NCBI RefSeq assembly: GCF_004010195.1
Contig: NC_057718.1
Coordinates: forward strand, 65,782,770 to 65,846,769
Direction: 5' to 3'
Length of the DNA: 64,000 nucleotides
Source of the DNA: Chiloscyllium plagiosum
Taxonomy: Eukaryota
Below the pieces are notes generated by a model. That model did not search any database, was not told the DNA's origin, and worked only from the letters and a program-made list of their open reading frames with translations. This document shows positions 23,325 to 35,826 of the stretch, piece after piece (within the stretch, counting starts at the first letter, position 1; each line of letters begins with the position of its first letter). The position numbers and the translations under genes are program-made.

Positions 23325-24535
23325 ATGGACATGGTTTAGTGAATGGGAAATCATGCTTGATTAGCTTATTAGAGCTCTTTGAAAAAGTAACAAGCAACAT
23401 AGATAAAGGGGAAGTTGTGCATGTGATGTTCTTAGATTTGCAAAGGCATTTGATAACGTGCCACATCAAAAGTTGCTAAAATACGAGGTCATGATGTAGT
23501 GCGTAACATTTTGTGCTTGGGTAAACAATTGGTTAGCCAACAGGAAACCAATAGAATAAATTACACATTTTCAGGTCGACCAGGTGGAATGTGCAGCTTA
23601 GAATTTATATAAATGACCTAGGTGGAGTGGCTGAGTGTAGGGTTGCTAAGTTTTCTGAAGTCACAGAGATAGGTACAAAAGTGAGATGGATAGAAAAAGT
23701 TTGCAAAATAATATAAATAGTTAAGTGAGAGGACAAAAATTTGGCAGATGAAATTTAATGTGGGAAAATGTGAATGTGTCACTTTGGCAGGAAGAATAGA
23801 AATGCAGCATGTTGTAGAACTGCAGAGAGATTACAAAACTCTGAGGTATAATGGAATCTGAGTATCCTGGTATCTGAAAAGGTATAACATACGGGTACAA
23901 CACATAATTAGGAAGGGAAATAGGATGTTGTCTATTGTAAGGGGAGTAGAACTTAATTAATGGGATCAAAAACTGAAAAAGCTCTCGATGCTGTGAATCA
24001 GAAACAAAAACAAAAATCTGAAGAAGGGTCTCTTGACCTGAAACGTTAACTCTGATTTATCTCCTTAATTAATGGATGTTTTGCTAAGTTCTGCTGGACA
24101 TTGATATGACCACATTGAGAGTTTTGGTGTATTAATTTCACAAAGGACACAACTGCATTAGAGGCAGTCCAGAGATAGTTTATTCAACTAAGAGGGGAAT
24201 ATTGTATGAGGAAAGTTTGGACATGGTTAGGTTTTATCTTTTCAAGGTTAGCAGAATTAGAAGCGATCTTAGTAAAACATATAAGATTCTGAGGAGGCTT
24301 AATAGAACAAACACTGAAAGAATGTTTCTCCCCATAGGAGAGACTAGGGTTAAGGGATGTAGATGTCTCCCATTTAAGACAGAGATAAGGAAAAATGTTT
24401 TGTCTCAGAGCGTAAGTCTGCAGAATTCTCATCCCCAAAGAGTGATAGAAGCATGGTCATTGAATATTTTAAGGTGGCAATAAATGGATTTCTAACTAAC
24501 AAAGGGACCAAAAGTTATAAGGTTAGCTAGGAATA
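23325..24535 (+). mobile_element. Decayed CR1 LINE ORF2 with a nested PLE fragment at 23964-24063
   Basis: HGLVNGKSCLISLLELFEKVT...FLDLQ. The nested piece has a 12-bp TSD cttaattaatgg (23952/24064) and hammerhead core CTGAAGA-A-GGGTC-tctt-GACCT-GAAACGTT at 24018-24047. Confidence 0.8.
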
Positions 24536-24544
24536 TCTTTTTTT

Positions 24545-25460
24545 ATTAATTTAAGGGATTTGAGCATTGCTGATTAGGCCAGTAGTTATTGCTCAACCCT
24601 AATTGCTTTGAGAAGGTGATGGTGAGCCATTTTCTTGAATCACTGTAGCCTATGTGGTGTCAGTACAACCAGGGTCCTGAGTCCTGTATGGAAGGGTGGT
24701 CCAGCATTCTGATCTATCCACAACAAAGGAATATTAGTTTAATTGCACGTCAGAATAATATGTAACTCGAAGGGAAATTTCAATGATTGTGGTCCCTTTT
24801 ATCAGCTCCCCTTGCCCGAGGTGGTAGAGATCACTGGTTCAGAAAGTTCTGTGAATGGAACCTTGTTGAGTTGCTGTAATGTATTTCCAGATTGCATAAA
24901 TGTGGGAGGAGTGAAAGTTAAAACTGTTCATTGGAATGTCAGTCAAGTGGACTGCTTTGTCTTGCATGGTGTTGAGTTATTTGACTGTTGTTAGAGTTGC
25001 ATCAGACCAGGTAAGTGGCAAGTGTTCCATCACAGTCCTGACTTATAGATGGTGGACAGGTTTCAAGAGTCTGGAGGTGAATTACATGTCAGAGAATTCC
25101 CAGTCCAACTGACTTTTGTATCCAAGGTTATTAAATCTGAATGGTCTGGTACAGTTTCTGATCAGTAGTAACCTCCAGGATATTGATGATGGAGGATTCA
25201 ATGATGGCAATGCTGTTGAAGGTCAAGTGCGATGTCTAGACCTTCTCTTGTTGGAAATGGTTATTTTCTTGCAATTGTGTGTCATGACTGTTACTTGCCA
25301 CTTATCAGCCCTAGCCTGAATATTTCCAGGTCTTGCTACATTTGTACATGCACTGCTTAAGTATGTAGGGAAATGATACTCAACATTGTGTAAAGGACAC
25401 TACCCTAGGGAATCCCTGTAGAGATGCCCTGGGACTGAGATAATTGACCTGCAATTGTGG
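24545..25460 (-). mobile_element. Decayed LINE (second family), RT C-terminus and 3' end
   Basis: Begins with the tail block ggccagtagttattgctcaaccctaattgctttgagaaggtgatggtgagc. Confidence 0.6.
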
Positions 25461-25916
25461 ACTCTTAATTCTGGACGACACAAATTTCAGTTTAAAGAGA
25501 AACAAACCTTCATTTCTGGATAGCCGGCAAGAGATTCTGAGTGACACCAAAGGAGTCTCATAGCCATCTTGTAGTGGCACCCTTGATGAATCTCTGAGCA
25601 TTACATACAAGCAGTACACTTTATATTTCACTTGGGTGTGACAGATATAAATTTCTTAGTATCACATGGTTAATTGCTATTACATTATTAAAACAGAAAT
25701 TTCTCAACTTTACAATGACTAGAGATTGCTATCTTTTTGTTACAAATACTGAATTGTTCACATGAGCCAGTTATTGTATTATTCACATAATCTTGTGTTA
25801 ATAGGTAAGGAAGTAACTAATAGGATTCTGAATTGTTATCATTGTTGGTATTCACATATTCTTTTTTGACAGGTAAGGAAGCATGTTGATAGGAAAGGAG
25901 GCAGTCAATAAGGTCT

Positions 25917-26612
25917 ATAGTTATAGAGTCATAGAGTCATAGAGATGTACAGCATGGAAACAGACCCTTTGATCCAACCCGTCCATGCCGACCAAATATC
26001 CCACCCAATCTAGTCCCACCTGCCAGCACCCGGCCCTCCAAACGCTTCCTATTCATATACCCATCCAAATGCCTCTTAAATGTTGCAATTGTACCAGCCT
26101 CCACCACTGGCAGCTCATTCCATACACGTACCACCCTCTGCATGAAAAGGTTGCCCCTCTAACCCTAAACCTATGCCCTCTGGTTCTGGACTCCCTGACC
26201 CCAGGGAAAAGACTTTGCCTACTTACCCTATCCAGGCCCCTCATAATTTTGTAAACCTCTATAAGGTCACTCAGCCTCCAACGCTCCAGGGAAAACATCC
26301 CCAGCCTGTTCAGCCTCTCCCTATACCTCAAATCCTCCAACCCTGGCAACATCCTTGTAGATCTTTTCTGAACCGTTTCAAGTTTCTCAATATCTTTCCG
26401 ATAGGAAGGAGACCAGAATTGCATGCAATATTCCAACAGTGGCCTAACCAATGTCCTGTACAGCCACAACATGACCTCCCAATTCCTGTACTCACTACTC
26501 TGACCAATAAAGGGAATCGTACCAAATGCCTTCTTCACTATCCTATCTACCTGTGACTCCACTTTCAAGGAGCTATGAATCTGCACTCCAAAGTCTCTTT
26601 GTTCAGACAGTC
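25917..26612 (-). mobile_element. Young CR1/HER1-type LINE 3' fragment
   Basis: ORF 26053..26628 QRDFGVQIHSSLKVESQVDRIVKKA...LEYCMQFWSPSYRKD; (ctatgact)n tail. Confidence 0.92.
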
Positions 26613-26807
26613 TTATCCAAGGAAACAATTAGCTTTGCCTGAGGGCTGGGAGTAAAACACATGTATGGCTCCAGACAAATCCTACAATTCTGAGATGCGA
26701 GAACACCAACTGTGATTTCCAGTCTCAGCCTACTAAAGGACAGGTAAACAGTCAACCATCATAGTAAGCCACTATAATAGGGAGTTTTAACTGCTGAATT
26801 CCCAATC

Positions 26808-26990
26808 CAGAGGAACCTTGATTATCCTAACGAGATGGGTGGGCACTATTTCGTTTGGATAATTTATTATTTGGTGAATTGATTCACCGAATTTCCTCTG
26901 GGGTTTGGAGTTTTCTGTTACGTCTGCTCCCTGTCCAAGAGACTAGGCTGCAGCATATCGTGCGCAAGCCCCTGCCCAGAGGTTTAACAG
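26808..26990. mobile_element. Truncated Tigger-like MITE end (family of 1-374)
   Basis: cagaggaaccttgattatcc..acgagatgggtgggcactatttcgtt is the reverse complement of about 325-374. Confidence 0.65.
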
Positions 26991-27343
26991 TTCAGAGCAG
27001 AAATCTTAAAACCTAATGGGCAATGTGAAAAATAATTTTCAAGGTTATTATCTTAAGAATATCTTAAGGTGGCTGGAAGGCAAAGGAATTAAAATTATGG
27101 TTGTAGTAAGACACTGGTTAAATCTCACTGGAGCATTGCATGTGGTTCTGGGCAATGATACTCAAGATATCAGCCTTGGAGAGAGTGTAACACATATTCA
27201 TTTGAATGATACCTGGGCTTAAAGGGTTTACTTATGACCACAGATTATTTAGACTAGCCCTACATTCCATTTAGTATAGAAAATGAAGAGGCGTTGCAGT
27301 CTGAAGCTAAATGGCCTTAATGGAACCCAAACTGAGAATTGTT

Positions 27344-27541
27344 ATCACGATGTGGAGGTGCCAATGTTGGACAGTGGTGAACAAAGTCAGAAGTCACATG
27401 ACAGCAGGTTATAGGCCAACAGGTTTATTTGAAATCACAAGCTTTTGGAGTACTGCTCCTTTGTCACGTGAAGGAGCAGCACTTGGAAAGCTTGTGATTT
27501 CAAATAAAACTGTTTGACTATAACCTGGTGTTGTGTGACTT
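27344..27541. mobile_element. PLE-derived mini foldback insertion
   Basis: Arms about 27388-27460 and 27471-27544. 12-bp TSD ctgagaattgtt at 27332 and 27542. Confidence 0.8.
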
Positions 27542-29281
27542 CTGAGAATTGTTGAACAGCTACTAAATGAGTGAATACCATTTGGTAGTACTGTCCATGG
27601 CACCTTGTTGATGATTGGACTGATGTGGCTCTAAATTGGATTTGATTTATCATGCTTTTTGTGCAGTGGGCAAAGCTGGGAAAATGTCCCCTTTTTTAGG
27701 TAGAACCCAAAGTTGTGCTATATTGGAACAGTCAAGCTATAGGCATGGCTAATTCTGGAGGTCATGTTTGCTACACTGTAGCTGGAATGTTTACAATGCC
27801 TAAAGGCTTTCGTGTGCCCTTTTTATATCAGAAAGCTGTGAGGGATTAGCAACTTAGCAACAATACTTGAAAAATATTGCTTCAGCTTTGGTTTTGCACT
27901 ACCATAATATCCTCTGCCGCCAATGAAGAAGTGGTTGGTTATGCACACTCCTCATCTTGATACTGATATAATATTGATGTAGATGGTTTTGCTAGCACTG
28001 TTGAATGAACTTTAAACTAGTTTGACAGGGGGATGAGAATGTAAGGGGAGGCTCTGAGCTGGGGAGAGTGGGTGAAGGCTTAAGGAAAAAGAGAATCAAG
28101 ATAGTAAATGAAAAGTAAGAAGCAGCTGAGCAGTGCAGCACTAAGGTGAGTGGAAACCAGATAGAGACAGAAAAAGAGAAAGTACTTAAAAACAAAGGTT
28201 ATTTTGGAAGATTCTAAAAGAAGGTACAAAAATTAGCATTCGGGCCACTTTACCTGAATGCCCGTAGCATTTGAAACAAGCTAATTGAGTTGACAGCACA
28301 AATCATCACAAATGGTTATGATTTAGTGGCCATTACAGAGACAAGGTTGCAAGGTGGTCATGTTTGGGAGTTAAATATCCCAGGGTTATGAGACTGTTTG
28401 GAAGGACAGACAAGAAGGAAAGGGATGTGGTGTAGCTCCCATATTTAAGGATGATATCAGGATGGTAGCGAGAGATGATATAGATTTCATGAAGAAAAAG
28501 ATTGAATCAATGTAGTTGGAAATTAGAAATAGGAAGGATAAAAAGAAATCGCTGACAGATGTGGTCTATAGGCCAAGCAATAATAACATAACAGTGGGGC
28601 AGGCAATAAACAAAGAAATAACTGATGTATGTAAAAATGGTATAGCAATTGTCAAAGGGGATTTTAACATAACTATTGATTGATCAAACCAAGTTGGTCA
28701 AAGCAGCCTTGAGGAGCAGTTCATAAAATGTATCCACAATAGTTCCTCAAACAGTATATAATGAAACCCATGAGGGTGCAAGCTATTCTAGATCTAGTCT
28801 TGTGTAGTGAGACAAGAATAATTGATGACCTCATAGTTAGGGATCTTCTCAGAATAAGCGATCACGTATGGTTGAATTTAAAATATAAATGCAGTGTGAG
28901 AAGATAAAATCCAATACCAGTGTCTTGTGCTTAAATAAAGGAGACTACAATGGGATGAGGGGGGAGTTGGCTAAGGTAGACTGGGAACAAATACAATATG
29001 GTGGGACAATTGAGGAACAGTGCAGGACTTTCAAAGTGAGTTCTCACAGTACTCACCAACGAAAAGGAAGAACTGAAGTAAAAGGGATACTCAGCCATCG
29101 ATAACTAAGGGAATAAAGGAGGAAATCAAATTGAAAACTAATGCATACAAAGTGGCAAAGATTAGTGGGAAACTAGAGGACTTGGAAAATCTTTAAAGGC
29201 AAACAGAAAGCCACAAAAAAGGTATAAAGAAAGGTAAGTAAGATTATGAGAATAAACTGGCTCAGAATATAAAAATAGATA

Positions 29282-29477
29282 CGAAACGTGCAGCAGGTCA
29301 GGCAGCATCCAGGGAACAGGAGAATCGACGTTTTGGGCATTAGCCCTTCTTCCTGAAGAAGGGCTTATGCCCGAAACGTCGATTCTCCTGTTCCCTGGAT
29401 GCTGCCTGACCTGTTGCGCTTTTCCAGCAACACATTTTCAGCTCTGATCTCCAGCATCTGCAGACGTCACTTTCTCC
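29282..29477. mobile_element. PLE mini foldback inserted in CR1
   Basis: 14-bp TSD tataaaaatagata at 29268 and 29478. Arms about 29291-29350 and 29356-29417. Confidence 0.85.
29351..29382 (+). ncRNA. Minimal type-I hammerhead ribozyme motif (apparently intact)
   Basis: TC-CTGAAGA-A-GGGC-ttat-GCCC-GAAA-CG-TC-GA. Confidence 0.75.
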
Positions 29478-30404
29478 TATAAAAATAGATAGCAAACTGT
29501 TCACAGATACAAAATGAAAAAGAGTGGCTAATGTAAACATTGGTCCTTTAGAGAATGAGAAGGGGGATTTAATAATAGGAAATGGCCGAGGCGTTGAATA
29601 AGTTTTTTGTATCAGTCTTTTTGTGGAAGACAAAAATAACATGCCAATAACTGATGACAAGGAAGCTATGGCAGATGAGGACCTAGAAACAATCATTATC
29701 ACTGAAGAGGTAGTGTTGGGTAAGCTAATGGGGCTAATATTAGACAAACCTTGTGGCCCTGATGGAATGCATTGCAGTGAACTAAAAGCAAAAAGTGGGA
29801 GAAATAGCCAATATGCTCGTGGTAATTTGTCAAAATTGGCTGGATTCTGGTCCGGTTCCAGCAAATTGGAAAACAGCAAATGTGCCACCAAAGTTTTAAA
29901 AAGGGGAGAGCCATAAGGTGGTAATTATAGGTCACTTAGCTTAATTTCTGTAGTGGAGAAATGCTTGAATCTATCATTAAGGAAGAAATGGCAAGATATT
30001 TGCATAGAAATTGTCCAATTGGGCAGATGCAACATGGGTTCATAAAAGACAGGTCATGTTTAACTAACTTACTGGAATTATTTGAGGACATTAAAAGTGG
30101 AGTGGGCAACAGAGAACTGGTGGTTGTGGCAAATTTGGATTTACAAAAGGCATTGAACAAGATGCCGCACAAAAGGCTGCTGCATAAAGTAAAAGTACAC
30201 AGCATTATGGGTAATGTATTAGCATAGATTGGTTATGAGTTATCAGAAAGCAAAGAATAGGGATAAATGGGTGTTTTTCTGGTTGGTTAACAGTGACTAG
30301 TGGTGTGTGTCAGGGAACAGAGTTGGGACTGCAATTGTTTACAATCTACATAGATGATTTGGAGGTGGGGACCAAGTGTAAAGCAAAGTGTGCAGAGGAA
30401 TGTA

Positions 30405-30554
30405 CAGGGCAACCTCAATTATCCGAATGACACAGGATTTGTTTGGATAATCAAATGTTTGGATAATCAGTTTACCACAGCATCGGGACCTTGAGATCTT
30501 GTTAGGATAATCTGAAATTTAGATATTCATGTTCAGATAACCAAGGTTGTACTG
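30405..30554. mobile_element. Complete 150-bp Tigger/pogo-like MITE
   Basis: TA|cagggcaacctcaattatccgaa ... ttcagataaccaaggttgtactg|TA: imperfect TIRs with a TA TSD. Confidence 0.8.
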
Positions 30555-32008
30555 TAGTTCGATTAAGTGAGTGAGCAAGAGTGTGGCAGATGGAATACAA
30601 TGTTGATAAAAGTGAAGTCATCCATTTTGGAAGGAATAACAGCAAAATGCACTATTACTAAAATGGTGAAAAATTGCAGTGTGCTGCTGTGCAGAGGGAC
30701 CTGTGCATGAATCACAAAAAGTGGGTTTGCAACTGCAACAGGTAATTAAGAAGGCAAATGGAATAGTGTTTTTCATTGCTAGAGGCATGGAGTTTAAAAA
30801 CAGGGAGGTTGTGCTACAGCTGTGTAGAGATCTGCTGAGGCCACATCTGGAATGCTGTGTGCAGTTTTTGTCTCCTTACTTGAGAAAGGATGTACTGGCA
30901 TTGGAGGTGGTGCAGAGGAGGTTCACTAGATTGAGCTGTAGTGAAGAGGATTGGCTTCCAGGAAGAGAATGAGTATACTGGGACTATAGTCATTGGAATT
31001 TAGAAGAATGTGGGGTGATCTTATACAAACATACAAAATTATGAAGGGAATACATGAGATAGAAGCAGGAAGGGTGATTTCCACTGGTGGAAACTAGAAC
31101 TAGGGGGTATGGTCTCAAAATAAGGGGAAGCAAATTCAGAACTGAGTTGAGGAGGAGCTTTTTCTCCCAAAGGGTTGTAAATCTGTCAAATTTCCTGCCC
31201 AGTGTAGCAATTGAGGTTTCCTCATTGACCATTTGTATGGCAAAGATAAATATATTTTGAACAGTAAAGGAATTATCAGTTATGGTAAGCGGGTGGCTAA
31301 GTGGAGGTGAGTCCATGAAAGATCATCTTATTGAATGGTGGAGCAGGCTTGAAGGGCCAGATGGCCTACTCTTGCTCTTATTTCTTATGTTCTTATTATT
31401 CACTGCAATTCACAACTGGATATGACAAAATTTCAGAGATACGGTCTGATCCATTATTATCATGGAATAACTTAGCTCTGTTTGTGGGAATGCTGCTTTC
31501 ATTGTGTAAGATGTATTTACCTTCACGGGGTGGGGGGGGGGGGGGGTGGTGTGGAGGAGGAGGAGGAGGGACATCTTCAGTTTTGACTATTGCTAATCCT
31601 GCTATGCTTTCCTATATTCCTCACTGAACCAGCATCAGTCCTCTGGTTTAATGCCAACTTATAGTGGAGTTTACTGGGTTGCTGGGCCATCAAGTTACAA
31701 ATTGTGGTGAAATGTCAGTTTCTGGAACAAAGAATACAAGACAAGGCTAGAATATTTAATGAATACAGTAGTTTAGAATCTATTAAAAAAGTGAAAAATA
31801 TTAGACAAAGCAGTGGTGGTGGAGGAAACAGGTGATATATAAATTGTTAGGTAGGATTTACGAGAAAGATGGCTCTTCCTGGAGATGATTAGTTGCCTAC
31901 TGTGAATGGCTTGAAATCCAGGTTGCTAAGGGTAGTAGGGCTGAAAATTGTAGGAATATCATTAGAACATTCTAAGAGCTTAAGACATATGAAGACTGAA
32001 CATAACTA

Positions 32009-32303
32009 GGGGTGGCACAGTGGCTCAGTGGTTAGCACTGCTGGCTCACAGCAGCAGGGTCCCAGGTTCAATTCCAGCCTTGGATGACTGTCTGTGTGGA
32101 GATTGCACATCCTCCCTGTGTCTGTGTGGATTTCCACCAGGTGCTCCGGTTTCCTCTCACAGTTCAAAGATGTGCAGGCCAGGTGAATTGGCCATGCTAA
32201 ATTGCCCAATGTTAGGTGCATTACTCAGAGGGAAATGGGTCTGGGTGGGTTGCTCTTCGGAGGGTCGGTGGGGACTTGTTGGGCCGAAGGGAATCTAACC
32301 TAA
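32009..32303 (+). mobile_element. tRNA-derived SINE (HE1-like)
   Basis: Box A tggctcagtggttagc and box B ggttcaattcc. Same body as 1248-1552. Confidence 0.88.
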
Positions 32304-33234
32304 TAACATTAGTGCAAACTATTAATGTTTCTTAACTGTAAGCATTTGTTGGTGGAGCAGTGTTCTCCCAAAGTCTTCTTCCATTATGTTTCAGTGCCTG
32401 ATCTGATGTCATAATCCCATACTCTTTGTGCCCCCAAATCTTTATCCCTATTGTTACTTATACATCTTCCTATGCCTCTCCTCAAAATATATTTATTTAA
32501 GGAGTAATATTTGAAATGGTTTGACCAATCTCCCTGAATGCATATGCAGATTTATTTTGAGGTTGCAGAATTCCTGTACATTGCATAATTGTTCACTAAG
32601 GGTCCTCATCCCTTGTCTCAATCATTAATGGTCATGAAGTTATTGTTTCATCCTAAAGATCAGGTTATGTAATGTATCTGACTAATAGCTTCTTTTTTTA
32701 GTGAAGTCAAGGAACTCTCTTCTCTTCAGATGATCCTATCTCCTGATTGAATTAATATATGATCTTGATGATTGCAGCTTCACATGCACGACTCCTCGCA
32801 TTGTCAGTCCCTGAGTCAGAACCTCTCTCCCCCTTCCAATGTGGGAAGATCATGAACTCTGTTGAAGGTGTAGGCTTTGCCTACTTGATTGAATTCTTCT
32901 TTCTGTTGTGCTTATTTGTGGTCATAGACCATGATGTTTGGTGCTAGTTTTTAGAAAAGTTGAGTACATAGCCTGCATCCCATCAAGAGTTGGCATCAGG
33001 TAAAGCCATTCTATGATTGTACAATGCGGGATTTGAGTAGGGCTAATCAAAAGTTTTTATTCTTTCTCAAGGTGTTGTGAATGCTACTTGCTCCTTGCTC
33101 AGCTAGACCATTTCTTGAGGGTACCTGGGTAAATGTGCAACATGGACAAATCTATACTAGATTGCAAAGGATTGAAAACACTCAACAAGTTGTGACCCAT
33201 TGTCAGTGATGACAATATCACAGATTCCTTGTGT

Positions 33235-34535
33235 AGTTCACTAATGTCCTTTTGGGAAGGAAATCCTTACCTGGTCTGGCCTGACCTATGACTCCAGACC
33301 CACAGCAATATGGTTTACTCTCAATTGCCCTCAGAAGGTCTAGCATGCCATTCAGTTGTACCAATTGCTGTAAAGTCTCAAAAAAATGAAACCAAATGGA
33401 TCACCTGGCATCGAACTAGACACCAGAAAGGACAATGGCAAAAACAGAGCTGCTGACTCTGCAAAGTCCTCCTTACTAACATCAGGGGCTAGTGCCAAAA
33501 TTGGGAGAGCTGTCTCACAACATAGTCATGTACACAGTGTCATACTTTATAGACAATGTCCCAGACACCACCATCGCCATGGCTGGATATTCCCTGTCCC
33601 ACTGACAGGTAAGATCCTGCAGAGGTGGCGCCATAGTGGTATACAGTGGGAAGGAACTTGCCCTGGGAGTCCTCGTCATTGACTTCAGATTGCATGAAGT
33701 CTCATGGCTTCAAGTTAAACATAGGCAAGGAAACATCCTGCTGAATGCCACACCATCCTCCCTTGGCTGATGAATTGGGACTTCTCTGTGTCGAACAACA
33801 CTTAAAGGAAGCAGTGAGGATGGCAAGAGCACAAAATGTACTCTGAGTAGGGGAATTCAATGACCACCACTAAGAGTGGCTCAGCAGCAGTACTACTGAT
33901 TGAGCTGATTGGGTCCTAAAGGACATAGCTGCTAGACTGGATCTGTGGCAGGTGGCAAGGGAACCAGCAAGAGAGAAAAATGTACAACCTCATCTTTACT
34001 AATTTGCCAGTTGCAGAAGCATCTGTCTGTGATAGTATCAGCAAGAGTGACCACCGGACAGTCCTTGTGGAGATAAAGTCCCACCTTCACAATGATAATA
34101 ACCTCCATCATGTTGTGTGGCACTGTTACCATGCTAAATGGGACAGACAGATCTAGCAACCCAACAGTGGACATCCATAAGGTGCCGTGGGCCGTCAACA
34201 GCAGCAGAATTGTACTCCAGAACAATCTGTAACCTCATGGCTTGGCATATCATCCACACAACCATTACCATCAAGCCAGGGGATCAATCCTGGTTCAATG
34301 GAGAGTGCAGGAGAGCACGCCAGGAGCAACACCATGTAAACCTGAAAATGAGGTCTCAAACTGAAGAAGCCACCAAGCCTACGTGCCAAACAGCATAAGC
34401 AGCAAATGATTGACAGAGCTAAGCGATGTCACAACTAACAGATCAAATCTAAGCTCTGCAGTCCTGCCACAAGTAAACAACTCACTGATGGAGGAAGCTC
34501 CACAAATACCTCCATCTTCGATGATGCGGCCCAAG
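33235..34535 (+). mobile_element. 5' part of a second-family LINE: SINE-like 5' region followed by an APE endonuclease remnant
   Basis: LLTNI.G.VPKLGELS, DNVPDTTIAMAGYSLSH, GEFNDHH and ISKSDHRTVLV motifs (frameshifted). Confidence 0.7.
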
Positions 34536-35826
34536 ATGTTGCAAATGCTTCTTCCTCTGTTCAGTTGTTTCATTGTTCAGTTTTAATGAGAGCCCTTGAA
34601 ATGTTCCAGACAGGTCTTCTCATCCCATCAGTCTGAATCTAAATTAAGGGTCCCCCTGTAGATGCTGTCTCTGCTACTGTAATAGAAGTTCAGGATAATT
34701 ATGAGATAGGGCCTCCAACAATGTAAATGTCGTTGATTTGGTGAGATGATTGTTGTTGAGGCTCAATCTAATTCGTCGTCTGATCTTGTTTCAATGGTTC
34801 GGTTCAAGTTCCATTTGCATAGTCTAAGGTAGGTAAGGATTTTGGGTTCACTTTACCCACAAACCACTGGAATATTGAAATATTCGTGATTGGTGGAAAT
34901 TCCACTATGGTAATCACTGCTACCAATACTGTTATGGTTAATAATATCTGTGATAGATAGATTGCTGAGGATGAGACCATGTAGGTATCCATTTCTTCCT
35001 GCAAGCCTAGACTGGTGGACATGTCCTTTAGGTTTCAGCCAGCTCACTCATTAATGAGGATATGAAACCACTCTTGATAAAGGACATTGACTTCACCAAC
35101 CATGGAGCATTTTGTTCTTTTTATACCCTCAGCGTTTCTGCTAAATGGCATTCAAAGTGAAGGCATACTGCTAATGGAAAGTTGTAGGTAATAATCTGCA
35201 GGGTATTTCCGTGAACATTTTTTGACCTGATCTCTTCAGACATTTTGGGTCTGGATGCAAAGTTCTGTAACATTCTCCCATCCTACATAGCACTGATGTG
35301 TCAACTTGACTAATGCAAGCATTAAGACCATTTGCTGATAGGTATTAGTTGGAGAGTATGATTATATTAGGCTGTTACTTGTGTTGTCTATGAGACAATT
35401 CTTTCAATTCTGGTACTCGTTCCCAAATGGTAATAATGGAGGTGTTTGCAACCGGAGCAACTTGTCATGTCTGGTGCTTTGGTTAATGGCAGATAACCAA
35501 AGCACCAGTTGAGTGTTATTCTTGGAATGTTTGTTTGAAGTTTAATAGTTCTCATGTTAAGCCATTGCAGAAGATAATTAAAAGTCAACCATATTACGAG
35601 AGTCTGGAGTCATGAGTAGAAAACCCAGTAGGGACAAAATTAAGCCGAATGATGTCCTTCTGTTCATATGTTCCTAAATAAATGGTGAAAGTTGGTATGC
35701 TTTATAATTGTTGAAGTCATTACAACTGACCTGATGCTTACATCTACACTGTCGACATGGATGCCTTGAACAGGCAATGGTCCATAGCAGTCAGGAGTAG
35801 AAACACTGGGCTGTTCATTTCTCTAA

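Larger units (their letters stand above)
28245..31397 (+). mobile_element. Near full-length decayed CR1 ORF2 (APE endonuclease + RT) with nested PLE and MITE
   Basis: YDLVAITET...IPGY (about 28317), GDFN (about 28659), SDH (about 28858), QHGFIKDRSCLTNLLELFED (about 30030), RPHLECCVQF. Confidence 0.88.

Noticed and set aside
31528..31570. G-quadruplex regulatory element
   Set aside because: Simple poly-G/(GGA)n low-complexity run with no other support; homopolymer length is unreliable.
34540..35060. Gypsy integrase remnant (also considered 20400-20920 and 32420-33220)
   Set aside because: Only faint resemblance; no convincing motif could be read.
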